NCBI GenBank assembly: GCA_009103225.1
Contig: RHPI01002955.1
Location: 154,486 to 218,485, forward strand
Reading direction: 5' to 3'
Source of the DNA: Chlorokybus atmophyticus
Taxonomy: Eukaryota; Plantae; Mesostigma and Chlorokybus algae
Length of the DNA stretch: 64,000 nt
How positions within the stretch are numbered: position 1 is the first letter of the stretch; every line of letters begins with the position of its first letter. A program made the translations under genes and the position numbers. The notes under the pieces are model-generated. The model was not told the DNA's origin. It made no database searches and saw only the letters and a list, made by a program, of their open reading frames with translations. Positions 31,606 to 44,231 of the stretch are shown here, piece by piece.

Positions 31606-32876
31606 CACATATCACGAGCCAGCTTCTGCGCTATGCCTCCACCACCTCCTTCACCGCCACCTCCTCCTCCTCCACCAGCGCCACGCCTCCACGCTGCCGC
31701 CGCAAAGAGATGCCGAAACCGTGGTTAAGTTTTAATTGCGTTTTGGCGGTCACAGAAGCGGATATCTGCGCTTCTTGCCAGGCGGAAGAGTCGATATCGG
31801 GTGGAATCCCGTCACAACTGCGGTTTGCGCTTAGCCACGTAGCATGCAGCAGCACAAGTGAGCTTGGCTGCGGGGCCGTAAGCCACCTGACAAGGACGGT
31901 AGCATGCAGTTTGCACATCAACCTTGAAGCAACATTGCGTTATTAGCTGTGAGCTGTGCGTAAGCTGGCAGAAGCTTACTTGACGCTTGAGTAGCTTACA
32001 CGCACAGAAGCAAGCATTGATGCCTGTGTCTAAGCTGTTAGCTACCCAAGCGTCAATCAATCATTGGTCGCTGGGTCAGCTTTAAGCTGACAAAGCTTGC
32101 ATACAGTGTAGAGTCTTTTAAGTGTCATTTCACGTGAGCTTTGCTGGCTTACAACTCGTACACAGATATCAAGCTTTGCTTGCCGTGATCAATGTGGCTG
32201 ACAGCAATCAAGCAATGGTAGCTCACAGCGTACACAAGCTGGTGCATCTCACACCCAGCTTACTACCAGCTGTACCAGCAGATTGCACACAGCTCGCAGC
32301 ATGCTTGGCAAAACAGCGTACTGGAATGCCGGTTTTGCCAGCGTTGTCTGTGGGGCGCACTTGCAGCGCTGCTGAAGTGTGATTGTTGCTGGTTTGCCTG
32401 CACAAGCTAGCAACAATTACACCGTTCGCACCTGCTGTTGCTATCACCCAGATTGCGTGCTGGCGTCCTCGTCGTCCTAATTTAACCTCAGGTCAGCCTG
32501 GCCTTACAACTCCAACCACTTCTCTCATGCTCATGTTACGGGCTTTGCACACTGTAATGAAGCGTGCCCCTGTGTGTGATGGTGTTGAGCCTGACAACTC
32601 GCACTCACTGCCTGCAAGCTACCATGGTTGTGCACTCTCTCTCCCAAACGCTGTGTATGCAAGTACTTGCATTCACTGCGCGCTCTATGGGATGGACCAA
32701 TGCAAAGCACGCAAACAGACTGTGTTGACCATGACACGATGAAAGGTTACATTAGACAGTCTACAATGTTGATCTACACAATGATGAGACCCTACTGCTG
32801 CTTAGCCTATAATGGCAACTCGGATGCAACAGCCTTGTCATTTGTTGCCACGAGTGAGCTTTCAATTCCATCTATG

Positions 32877-35187
32877 CTAAGGATTCAACGCCTCTGGTAT
32901 GAGCAGATAGCTGGAAATAAGGAAGGCAATACTGCCCCAAAAGGTTGAGAAAGCAGTCCCCCAATGCTGGCAGCACTCTGCGGGGTACTCAAAGAAACCG
33001 AACAGCCCTGAAAGAAAGAAACCAACACCGCCAAAAGCATTCCAAAAGCCAATGTGCCATTCGAGGGACTTGAGCTTCACCTTAAGCCACCCGCCCTGAA
33101 CCTCCACGCAAGTCAGGTACCCATTGACAATGAAGAACACCGCACCAATGCACTGCGGCAGCCAATACAGCAGGTCCCACTGTACATAATGGTGCGGCGG
33201 GTAGTCACCGGACAACACGCCTGGCACACCTGCACATGTAAAGGTGTTTTGCAGCCCACATTCAATTGTTATTGCATGTGTCGATAAACTTGTATGCGGG
33301 TATGCTTCTGTGTGTACACGTTGAATGGAACTCCATTGCGTGCTACGAATGTGAACATTACTCGCTTGTTGGCAACATAAGAGTCTGACTGCACACATGC
33401 GCATGTGTAGACTGCAAATATGTGTGTGCATATGCATGTTCGTGAGTGTGCAGTTTTGATCCTGTCTGGTGCGAGCAGGACCAGACCTGTTACGGCGGAT
33501 GGCATTTCAAAGATGGTTGCGCCGATGAGCTGCAAGAGGTTGAGCACGTATGCAAAGTTGTGCGGTTCCCAGCCAAACCATCTGAAACGCCTCTTCTTTC
33601 TCATCACGACTTCTACTTTGCCGCCTTTCATGCCATTTACCGGTGCTTCTGATGTAATGCCAGTCCTAGCATCCCCATCACCATTCATCTGTGAGCCCTT
33701 CTGGTCTTTCGCCTGCCGCTCGTGCATAATCAACGCCACGCCTTGCTCCTCGTCCTGCACTACCACGCGCTCCTTCACACGATCCGGCGGGTTCAACACC
33801 TGCGAGTCAGTCACCATCAACCACTTTGTGGCTGCGTATCACGTGGGCAAAAGAGGGTGGCAGTAATACAGAGATGCTGCATGCAGCTGCACCTCAAGAA
33901 AGGAGATGTACGCGCCGATGAGGAAAAGGGTCCCACCGGGCAGAGCTGTATAAGCAATCCACTTGGTCTCAGCATTTTGCGAATGCAGAGGCCACATTGC
34001 GAACACGCCGTTTAGCGTCCAACTGATTGAACCTGTCCACACGCAAAATCTCTTCAGCTCAGTACGCTCACACCCACGCATAATGCACGCGCATGTACAC
34101 ACGCATATACATGTGCAGCAAACACGAAGACGCACGCACACACATTCTAGCACCACGATGTTGCATGCGCATACATGCACACGCACATTTTTACACGACC
34201 ATGACCACACTATAGGCAAGAGTCAACATGCATCAGTAACGTGTGGAGGCAAGACCAAGTGTGAAGGCCATGGCGGTCCACCAGGCGAGGTTGCTGGGCG
34301 CGAAGCCAAAGAGGCGGTAGCCGAACGGCGCAAAGAGGGAGCGAGGCTTGCGTACTTGGCGGGCACTGCGCTCGGGCGAGCCAAAGTACTTCGCAGTTCG
34401 CCGCTTACGGTGCCTTCGACTGCCACACTTGATGTGAGTTTGTTGCATTGGTGACTTGCGTTGCGTATGCTCAAGTGAGCGTGAGCTTTCACTCATGAAC
34501 ATGTTGTACACTTGCAATCACTCATTGTGTTGCAAGCATGCTTAAACTTTTTGCACTACGCAACTAAGCTTGAGAGAGACGTGATCAAAGGCAGATAAGT
34601 AAACAGTGTTAGTGGGAGTAACAAGTGCATCACGTAACAATCCAACAGCGATTGCTCTCATACTCCCCAGGCAGCAATGCAACAAAACAACAGCAGCTGC
34701 TTACATGCTTGAATCTTCAAACATATTGTCAGTCGATTATGCTGCAACTGTGCAATATAGTGCAGACGACTGCTGAGAGAGAATTGAGTAAGACAGGAGC
34801 AGCAGTCACTGGCATGCATGGCAATGAGCACTTGCATCAATGCGCATACGATGTAGCTGCGCACCTGGTCCAAAGTGCGAAGATGCCATGATGATCGTGC
34901 TCATGCAGGACGTGCGTAGGCTGGAAGAAGGAGGACAGGACGCCACCGGCCTCCTTCACCCTCCATTCTGCCGGAAAGGCATGCCGCCGCCGTAGCCTGG
35001 GCAGATGCGGATGGATGCCTGCTGCGTCCTCTTCCGCGACATTGGCGCCGCCGCCTTTATCCCTAGCAGTCGACGACATCTTCCCTGGCGCTCCTCGTCT
35101 TGCTGCTGGTACTCCTCCTCCTCCCACGCCGCCACCGCCGCAGCATCGGCCCTGGACACGTGGGCTGTCGGTGCAGCTGTGCTCCAT
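32877..35187 (-). CDS. Multi-pass membrane protein resembling the fungal YrhK-like integral membrane protein family
   Basis: Spliced motifs ALWTSRRHRKR, AWWTAMAFTLG, GGTLFLIGAYISFLE, LLQLIGATIF, WLPQCIGAVFFIVNGY and WHIGFWNAFGGVGFFLSG...STFWGSIAFLISS. The start is uncertain (ATG at 35187 or 35079). Confidence 0.65.
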
Positions 35188-35882
35188 CGACGTGAAATCT
35201 GTCGGCGCAGAACCCAGCAGAAGTGTCGGCGCTGCTCCGGTGTGCACTGCTAAATTTGCTTACGCCGACGGTGCTGTATCGGCGTGACACGTGGCCTCAA
35301 CGGCGCACTGGCGTCGGCGGCGGCGTCAGCGGGGACGGCGATGTCGTCGTCATAGTAAGTGGAGGCGGCGCTTAAGCAGTTTGCACTCAACATCACGTTT
35401 GGGATCAGGTACATCAATCTGCAGATTAAGTGTCGTGTCTTCGTTGCACAGGTCAACGCAAGTAATGCTTGCAGTGTGCTTGGCTTCTCAAGTGCAGTGC
35501 GTCCCAACACTTCCTTGCAGCGTGTTGGCCTTAGCTTATGATGTACACAACAATTGATTGCTGCTCCACCCTGCCAGCGTACTTGCACAAGATGTTTCGT
35601 TCCGCATTCGGCACTGACTGGGTGCTGGCACGCAGCGCTGATCAGGCTAGACACAGAGACCATCAGAAAGGGTACACAGGAAGCTGATCTATATGATCTG
35701 TATGAAACATTGGTAATTTAGTAAAGTCTGATACAGGTGATTAGCATTGCGTCGAGTGCCACTCTACAGTGCAGTGCTGGGTGAGGGTGAGGGAGGACTG
35801 CAAGGCTGGTTCAACTGGGCGTCGCAAAGTGAAGTGTTAAACGTTATTTTGGGGGATGTGAGAGGCAGCAAAACCTGTTGCA

Positions 35883-38007
35883 ATGGCATACAAGCGGGTG
35901 GACAGCGCGAGCGGCTTCTATGAGTGGAACGTTGAGCGCCTGCAAGCGTGGTGGCGCATGATACGTGCCCGCCGAAAGTATCACAAGCAGGTGGGCAGTG
36001 CCTTTGTCTGATACACGGAATGCACAAAATGCACACGCGCACACATACAAACACCCACACAGCCACGCGCTTGCAGGCTTGCACGTGCGCACAATTACAC
36101 ACATACGGCTGCGTGACAGCTGCATTGTAACAAAACATGGTGCTTACATTCATGATGCACCTGCTGCTGACATGATCATGCAATACACGAGCGCACGCAT
36201 ACATCCCTGCACACATGCGCACACATAGACACACATGCGCGTGTGCACGTGGACAGTAATGATACAAGATCAGATGCTGAGCCAGCTTGTGTGTGTGCTC
36301 TCGTTGCGCATTCAATGGCACTGCTAGTTGTGTTGCCGTCTAGACCTGCCACACACGCTGCTTATCATCTGCTTCTTTAACAGCGCCGTGCAGTTATTGT
36401 CGTCCAAAGGAGATATCGCCAGTACAAAGCACACGTTCGATGGCGTCGGAACCCCAACTATCCCGCTCGATACATCCAAGCAGCATGGCGCCGATACACA
36501 GTAAGCATACAGTGCAAGCACGTTGGTCAGGCGCACACGCATGCACACGCTAATGTCCATCACGCATGTACATGGTAGCGCGTGAAGCTGTATCACCATC
36601 TCCGCGACCTCATAAACTTCCGCAACACCACCGCGGATGCCTCCGCACTCCTGCGCTTCATCAACCCGGGAGAGTCCCGCCTGATGGACGCTGCGGCGGG
36701 CACGCGTGTGAGGCTCAGGCTGGCAGGGGAGACTTTCCCCCCTGTGGTGAGCCATGTTGTGTGTCTTGGTGCTCTGTATGCCAATGAGCATTTGTTGTTG
36801 TGGCCAGCGGCTGACCAACACCACTGTATCTACTTGTGTTGTGCCTCGGTTGCGTCTGATGGTTATAATGAGCTCTCTTTCATGGCAGATCGTGTACAAG
36901 ATCTACACGCGAAGGCCTGTCATCGATATGTGCGCCTTCAGCCCAAAGGACTACGTGCATCCAACCACAGGTGCTGCATGACACTTAACTTGTGACTGTA
37001 TATGCACATATGTGTACATGCATGAACACCGGTATGCACCTGTACGCTGCTTGTGCGTGTGCATGCATAAGCATGTGCTTGTGGATGCGCGTGTGCGTTG
37101 GCGGACATGTACATAGTACCTCCCATCACAGGCGATGACGGGAGTTGGTATCGGCGTGTGGACAACAACGGATGGCGGCCGCTACCATCCTGCTTTCATG
37201 AGTGGGACGCTGCACAGAGGTCATCCGAGACGACAACAACGCAGAACACACACAGGTATGGTCCTGACGTTTTGTTGTCTAGTTGATGTCCCCCGAGCAT
37301 CAAACCAGTTAATCCTTGTTTCATCTCGCAGAGTTAGTATTCCCGTGTTCCACTACTCACGTGCGAAGAGGCAAGAAGTGAAGAGCATGCAGCTGAAGCG
37401 CAAGAAAAGGCGATGGTTGCAACAACTGTACGTGTTTGTTGATTTTGTGTTTGTGATTTTGTGAAACTGCATGATTGTCATAGATGCAAGTGCCTGCATT
37501 GCCATTGCTGAATGCAAGCGCATGCAGGTATCAAATGGGCGAGCAAGAGGGAGAAGACTGTCCGTCCTCATCAGGTACGCACTTGTTATGTTGATACACT
37601 AGGTGTACTGTCGTCAGATGGTTTGCTGGCAAGGTATGTGTCAAGTTTGGCCACATTGTTTGAAGGCGTGCGGCGCTATCTGTATGCCTAATAGCTTACG
37701 TATTGTGTTCAGCTGGAAAAGAAGTGACGGAAGACTTGATTGAATGGAGTAAAGGTGAGCACAAGCACGTGACATGCAATTGCAGCTTTGTGTCGTACTG
37801 GTTGTGAATTGTCTTTGTATTCCGACTACAGCGCTGGACTTTGAGTCGTATCTTCAAAGCTGGCAGGAGTTGGGGGCATCAGGTTATTCCGATCAGCTGC
37901 CATCACTAGACGAAGAAACTTTCAAAGAAATGACGGAGGTCCCTCTGTTGCCATCTTTTAGCATTCCTCACAACCTACTAGAAAGTTACGCGCAAATCAT
38001 CATGTAA
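35883..38007 (+). CDS. C11orf65/MFI-like protein with N-terminal IQ-type motifs
   Basis: Spliced motifs LINFRN...LLRFINPGE..LMDAAAG..VRLRLAGETFPP-IVYKIYTRRPVIDMCAFSPKDY, WYRRVDNNGWRP, RKKRRWLQQLY and DLIEWSKALDFESYLQSW match the C11orf65 family as I recall it. Upstream exons give LQAWWR, VQRRYR and IQAAWR. Confidence 0.8.
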
Positions 38008-38189
38008 TATATTTAGCAGTAGCCGTGCGCAGTTGTTGTCATTGTATGTATTGAAATCTGATGTTTAGAAACAAAGATACATATTGTTGCAATGTACATG
38101 CTGTGATGCAATCATTATACATTAGTGGTAGCGAGTCACAACCTGAACCTACGTGTTGAATGTTCATCACCATATAACTCCGCACTGCA

Positions 38190-39201
38190 TGCATGCTAAT
38201 AAAGCCTCGCTCTTGTCTTGCGTGTCAACAACTTCTTGTGCTCTTTCGATGTGCGGTCAAGTGCGCATGGCATGTTTTAAAGTGAGCTCAGACTTTACAT
38301 GCGTGAATGGTGACACATTCTCATAAGAACACACACATATTTAAAGCATACATACCCTGTGATGTTACTTGGATGTGTTGTGCGCGTATCCCTTGTTGCA
38401 GATTTCGCACTTACAAACCTTTTCGGGTGCGGCGTATCGTTTACAAGTCCCCTTTGCTGGTGTAGATGCGCACTGCACCTCAGGTTGAAAACCCTGTGTG
38501 GATGTGGATGGTAACTATGCAAGTACCTGTGCGTGTGTGTGAAATGCTGATGGTCGTGATGATACAGGCCCCTTGCGATACGCCCCTGAGTCCACAGTGA
38601 GCTGCCGCAAGTTTTTTAAAGAGGCGACCCATGCTTGTGGCCTCCCTATGCTCGTTGTTGTGGATGATGCCGTGCTTATGCTAGCGCAGGTAGGTGGCCT
38701 CGGCGAGAGCAGTGGCTGCAGCGACAAGAAAATCGGCAAACATGGTGGCAGGGTCTGACCAGCAGGCGCATTTTAAGGCGTGTGCGCTGGGAACCACACC
38801 TGTAAACAGTAGCATGTGCTGAGTAAGAGTCCTTCCGACTGAGAACGGTCAGGCAACACTGAGTATGTTGCAACAAAATGCACAGTATGCTGAATAGCTT
38901 TCAACTTGTTAATACTGCTGCATGCCACAATCACTTGGAACTAGTGACTTAATGTGTTGTCACAAAACACACAATGCATTACATCAACTGCCACACTGAG
39001 TGCCATCGCTACTGAGCAGTTTACACGAAACTCTTGCATGGCATGCACAGGCAGCCTGAGCCACGCGCTTCCCAAGACACTGCTCAAAGACTTACCGGGC
39101 CATAAAACGGACTGACTCAAGCTTCCCAACGCACTGCTCAGCGGCCAAGACACCGCCGCTGCCGCTGCCGCTGCTTCTGCTTCTCCATCCACTGCAGCCA
39201 T
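38190..39201 (-). pseudogene. Pseudogenised inverted paralog of the zinc-finger-like gene at 45790-46717
   Basis: Colinear similarity: MAAVDGEAEAAAA vs MAAISGEDAAAA; RPQAWVAS vs RPQARVAS; PEVQCAS...CEICNKG vs PEVECAS...CEVCNKG. In-frame stops at about 38773, 38515 and 38365, and exon 1 ends in a shifted phase. Confidence 0.7.
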
Positions 39202-39203
39202 CC

Positions 39204-39547
<344 letters not shown>

Positions 39548-40421
39548 CGCGTCGCCGCCGCCCTCGCCGCCGCCAGCCACAAGCACACGCAGAGCGACAC
39601 AAGCAGAGCTGAGCTCAGCACTAAGGTCAGGCCCTCTGTCATAAAGCGCGGGAAGGCGCATCCCGCCGTCCGTTGCGTTAATCTGACGGCTGGTTGTGGA
39701 GCGACGCCCATTTGGTGATAAGCACGATGACACATACGCCATGCATGCAAGTGTTTTGCTTAAGCTGAGCTGAGCTGAAGCTTGGATCGCAGCTTTTTTG
39801 AACTTGCTGTTCTTAGCTGCCTAGCGTGCGGCGGTAGTCAAGGAGGCGGAGGCCGAGGAGGCAATGGAGAGAGGAAGGGAGGGAGGGAGAGAGCGGAGGC
39901 GGCGGCGGAGAGAGAGCGAAGGAGATGAGAATATGCTTGTGAGGGATGTGAGATGGGTTCGGATTTGATCAGCGGGTGGGCGCCATCCACCGGGTGAACG
40001 GATTTGTGGCTGGCCGACAGCCGCTTGACGGTCAAGCGGCTGTTGCTTGCAAAGCGCTCCAGGCGGTAAGGACGAGTGGTGATTGTTTTAGTCAGCAAGT
40101 CAGTGTGCAACATGCTTGGTTGATGCGCAGAACTTCGTGACATCGAAGGCTACTTGGATCCTGCCTGCCAGCAAGTACAAACTCACAAGCTATGCACATT
40201 TTGCCTTCAGCATGCCACACGGCTCATGTCCTGAAAAGTTTTGAGTTTCTGTGCATGCATATGCTGATAGTAGCCAACCTCAATAGGCTTGCTTGAAGTA
40301 GGCTTATTCTCAGCATGCACCTGAGACTTGTTCACAAACATCGCAACCAGGTTACAAAGCTGTAACTCGCACGTGCATAAACACACACATCTACTTGTGG
40401 TACGAGCACACACTTGCCCAG

Positions 40422-41149
40422 ACAGACAGACATTTCTCCACGGCTTTCCAGCACCTCACGGCTGAGGAGCTGTGAGGTGCTGGAAAGCAGCATGGTACGT
40501 AGTTACAACCAAACAACAAAGCTGCAAGCAATGCATACATGCACACAGAAACGCGCACACATGCGGGCGCACAAAGCACGCGTGCGCAGGCAGAGAGAAG
40601 GATGTTGGATCGGCGGCTAGCCTCGTTCTGGGAAAGCTTCAAGCTGGTCAAGCGAATTTTTACTCACAGCTGCAGCGATATGTGTTCTGTCGGAGTGCGT
40701 GTGAAGCCACCAAGGTATGAGCTGCTATGGTCAATATATCGATGCCAAGAAAGGTATGAGACTTTGTGTTACACCAGACACGAGGGTTTTTTCTTTGTGA
40801 AACTGTCAAGGTGTTTGCGACTTTGATATTTTTTTTTTTTATCCTTGTTGCAAAAGTTCTGGTGCGAACGCAAGCATGCGTGCAACAGTAGTACTACACA
40901 GGGAGTTATCGCAAGCAGCAGCAACATGATTGTCACCTCGGTATGTGCTCAAGCTTAAGCACACGAGACAAGACACCAACGCAACAAATGGACTTACATG
41001 ATAGTTGGCAGCCAAAGGCCCCAGAAGCGGTGACACGAAGTACTCTCGGAGGGCGCACATGCGAGCGCCGCACCCACCACGTGCGCCCTCCCCCAGAAGG
41101 CAAATCGCCTGTGGACCAAGGTTCTCAGGGTCTTCTCTCAACATTGTAA
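40422..41149 (+). CDS. Candidate spliced gene of unknown function, divergent from the pseudogene
   Basis: Short ORFs bounded by plausible splice sites (CAG|ACAG 40422, ATG|GTACGT, GCAG|GCAG, AAG|GTATGA); no recognisable motif. Confidence 0.25.
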
Positions 41150-42711
41150 TGAAGCTTCAAGCAAGTTGCTGTGTTTGGTCCTAGTGCTTTTACGCATGTC
41201 ATCGCGTGCATGCGCGCGCCCGTCACGTGTGCATACGATAATACGTGGGTGCGCTTCAAGTGCAAGCTGCGCGTGCACGCGGCTGAGCGTACATGTGTTA
41301 CACGGTGCGTGCCTGTTTGAGTTTTGTGCTGGAGAGGTGCTTTGTGCTGGCAGAGTCATGCAGTTGATGGCGTGTCTGCATGTAGCCTCCACGATCGCCA
41401 AGTGCCGAGACAAAGTGCAGTGCTTACACAGCTCTGCCAAAGCCGTGCCCATCGGGACCTTTTTCTCATCAGCATATGTGGCCTTCGCTTGAGGAGCAAC
41501 TGTACAGAGCCTCTCGGACAGTGCAATCGTCGAGTATGCTACTCGTACCATTGCGTGTACACTGTTAGCAATGTTCATGGTTAACCAGGCTATCCAGGTT
41601 GTCCAGGTCAACAAGAAAGGTATGATTGTTACACTGTATCAGGCCTAGATGACGTCTATAACAGTCAAGCACAGAAAGGTTTCGTCAATCCCCTATGAGA
41701 GAGCTGGCGCCATTTGAATACCACATGCAAATGTGTACTACATATTATGCGGTATATATGTATGTCGCATATGCGTTCATGTACGCCACATGCACGTCCA
41801 CGGCATGCAATGTTTGTCAGCGCTACTTCCTACCATCCGCTTGTTGCTGTGTGCACACGCAACATGTGCCTGATGCAGGCCTCATACGCATCATATCAGC
41901 ACATGCCCACCACGCAACCCCACCACCGAGCACGCAGCCATCATACCATGATGGCATCGCCAGCATGGCGTCACGCAGCGCAGCCATCCCTCTGAGTGCT
42001 GAGTAGAGGTAGCAGAACATGGAGTGCGAGGCAAGAACCTTTGCGCTGCTGAGCGCAGCAAGCGCGAGTGCACTGCTATGCGGCATAGCAGCCTGGTTGA
42101 CTCTCGGGCAGAACGCCTGACTGAATCGTGCTGACTTCAGCACCCAATGACTCTTCTGACAAGACAAGCAACAGACTACACACTGGTGTCTATAAGTACC
42201 AGATCCTTGAGTTTGTGCAGTGGCACGGGGCAAAAAGGCTTGGGACGTGACTTCCCTCAGCGTGCCTCAAACATTAAACAAACGAGAGGAAGAGTAGTGC
42301 GTTGACACGCTTGAATGGCTAGTATTGCATGACCCAATCAAGATTCGGATTGAACCAGGTCTGGTGGTTGCCATTGCCTCAGGCACTATAGGAGAGTCTC
42401 CAATAGTATACATAAGACCTATACTGTTGTTTTGGACCTGCACAGTACCCCAAGAAAGCATCTGTGGGTTGTAAGGTAAAGATAGTACCGGCAACAAAGG
42501 ACCAACCTTGCTACCAAAAGAAAGTCCGTCCTTGTAGAATCCAGTGGTTCATTTCTCTACACATCTAGAGGCATCTTCCTGCCACGCACAGACCTCTGCA
42601 TTAACGCCCATGGTCATTTCAAGACACACGAGAGGACGGTATAAGAAGCAGTGAGTACTCTTAAACGAGCGTCAGTCGACTGGCAGAGCGGTTTACCAGG
42701 TTGCAGGCAAC

Positions 42712-44231
42712 ATGGCAGCGGTGATGGTGATGAAGGTGCGGGTCTCATGCCTGGCAGGCATGTTGATGTTGGTGCTTGCCTTCTGCTTCTGCACCCTCCC
42801 GTCAGCTGACGCTGACAACTATGGTTACAACGGCAAGTGGGGCAACCAAACCGCTGTTTCCAGGTAACATGCAGGCATGCGAGAATGGAATCATGCATTA
42901 ACTGACTGATGCTCACTGCTTTTGGCACTGCTTACCTTGCGTACTGCAGTGTTTATGGGCTGAGAATCAGGCGCTTAATCGAGCACGCAAACAGGCAGGG
43001 GCCCTTTGTTGCCATTGTTGCACCCGCAGAGAGTGACCTGCAGTACCTGCTGGACAATGCACTGGTGCTCAACAGTAACATACCCTTCATTGACTTCGCA
43101 GGCACACGGTGGGTATACATATCTGTTCACACACATTCGTGCATACCAGGCTGTTGTACCGAAGCAGCAATCAATGCAACTTGAGATTTCAGTTGAACAA
43201 AGTAGCGCACGCACGCAAGTTACCAAGCATTCTTGCTTGTGACAGGTTTCACCTTGTGAAGGTGTCCGGGAATCCCGTGGTGGCGGTGGCGTTGGGCCTG
43301 GCAATGACCAACACGGCGCTGACTGTGCAGGCGCTGTTGGACAACTTTGCTGTGAAGTATGTTGTGCTTTACGGGTTCGCGGGCGGCGTTGAGCCTCAGT
43401 ACAACGTTGGTGATGTTCTTGTGGCCTCCCGCTGGTTGCACTCTGGCCTGGTTGTCTGGCAGGTTAGTCTCTCGATAAGCATTGTCACCTGCAGTGAACC
43501 ATTGCATCAGTAGTTGACTGGCTAAACCTTTGACGATGCAGAGGTTTGGTGACTCAGTCAAGACGCCGCTGCCTTTGGAAGGCACCGGAGTGCAGTCCCG
43601 CAAGTATGGCTACCTTCAATTCAATCACTACAACATCAAAGGTGGGTGGCTCAATGGACACAACATTAAACCCTTGCAATGACTGCTACCGGTTAACACT
43701 AACTTGTCTGCATGGTCGTCTGCAGCTGCAGGTGTGCGCAACCGCCTGAACAGAATCTGGCACCAGGCTGAGCAGTTTTACCAGCAGGGGACTGGAAAGG
43801 GTGAGAACCCGCCAGCGGGGGTAGCGAATTTCTACTACAATGTGGACAGGCACCTTCGCCAGGTAGCCGCGGAGGTCGCTGAGAATGTGAAGCTGGACCG
43901 TTGCGTGGATGAACAGCAAGAGACTGGTTGCGTGTTGAACCAGCCGAAAGCATACGCTTCCGGCGAGATCACGGGTGCCACCGCCAACATCTTTGTCGAC
44001 AACGCCGCCTTCCGCAAGTACCTATTCAAGCAGTTTGGAGCTGGTCTCACGGATGAAGAGACTTGGTCTGCACTGTTCGTCTGCAGCACCAACAACGTGC
44101 CATTCATCGGTTTTCGGACCATTACCAACCTTGCTGGAGGTGCTGGCACCGCAGATAACATCAACGACTTGATCATCATTGCTTACTGTAACGTCGTGCG
44201 CCTCATCGCTGCTGTCGTGGACAAAGCTTGA
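42712..44231 (+). CDS. Bark storage protein-like / nucleoside phosphorylase (MTA/SAH nucleosidase fold) protein with signal peptide
   Basis: Hydrophobic N-terminus, then ANRQGPFVAIV, PFIDFAG, YVVLYGFAGG...VGDVLV, WQRFGD...LPLE, NRLNRIWHQAEQ, ANIFVDNAAFRKYL and VPFIGFRTITNLAGG, matching land-plant BSP-A-like proteins. Exon 1 is 42712-42863 and exon 2 starts at 42950. Confidence 0.85.

Noticed and set aside
31606-31700. Gly-rich ORF whose TGA overlaps the TopA ATG, resembling bacterial translational coupling
   Set aside because: No upstream ATG in frame; best explained as a GGA-rich 5' UTR.
41138-42233. ORFs on both strands between the duplication arm and the BSP gene
   Set aside because: Could not build a phase-consistent model or recognise a family; left unannotated.
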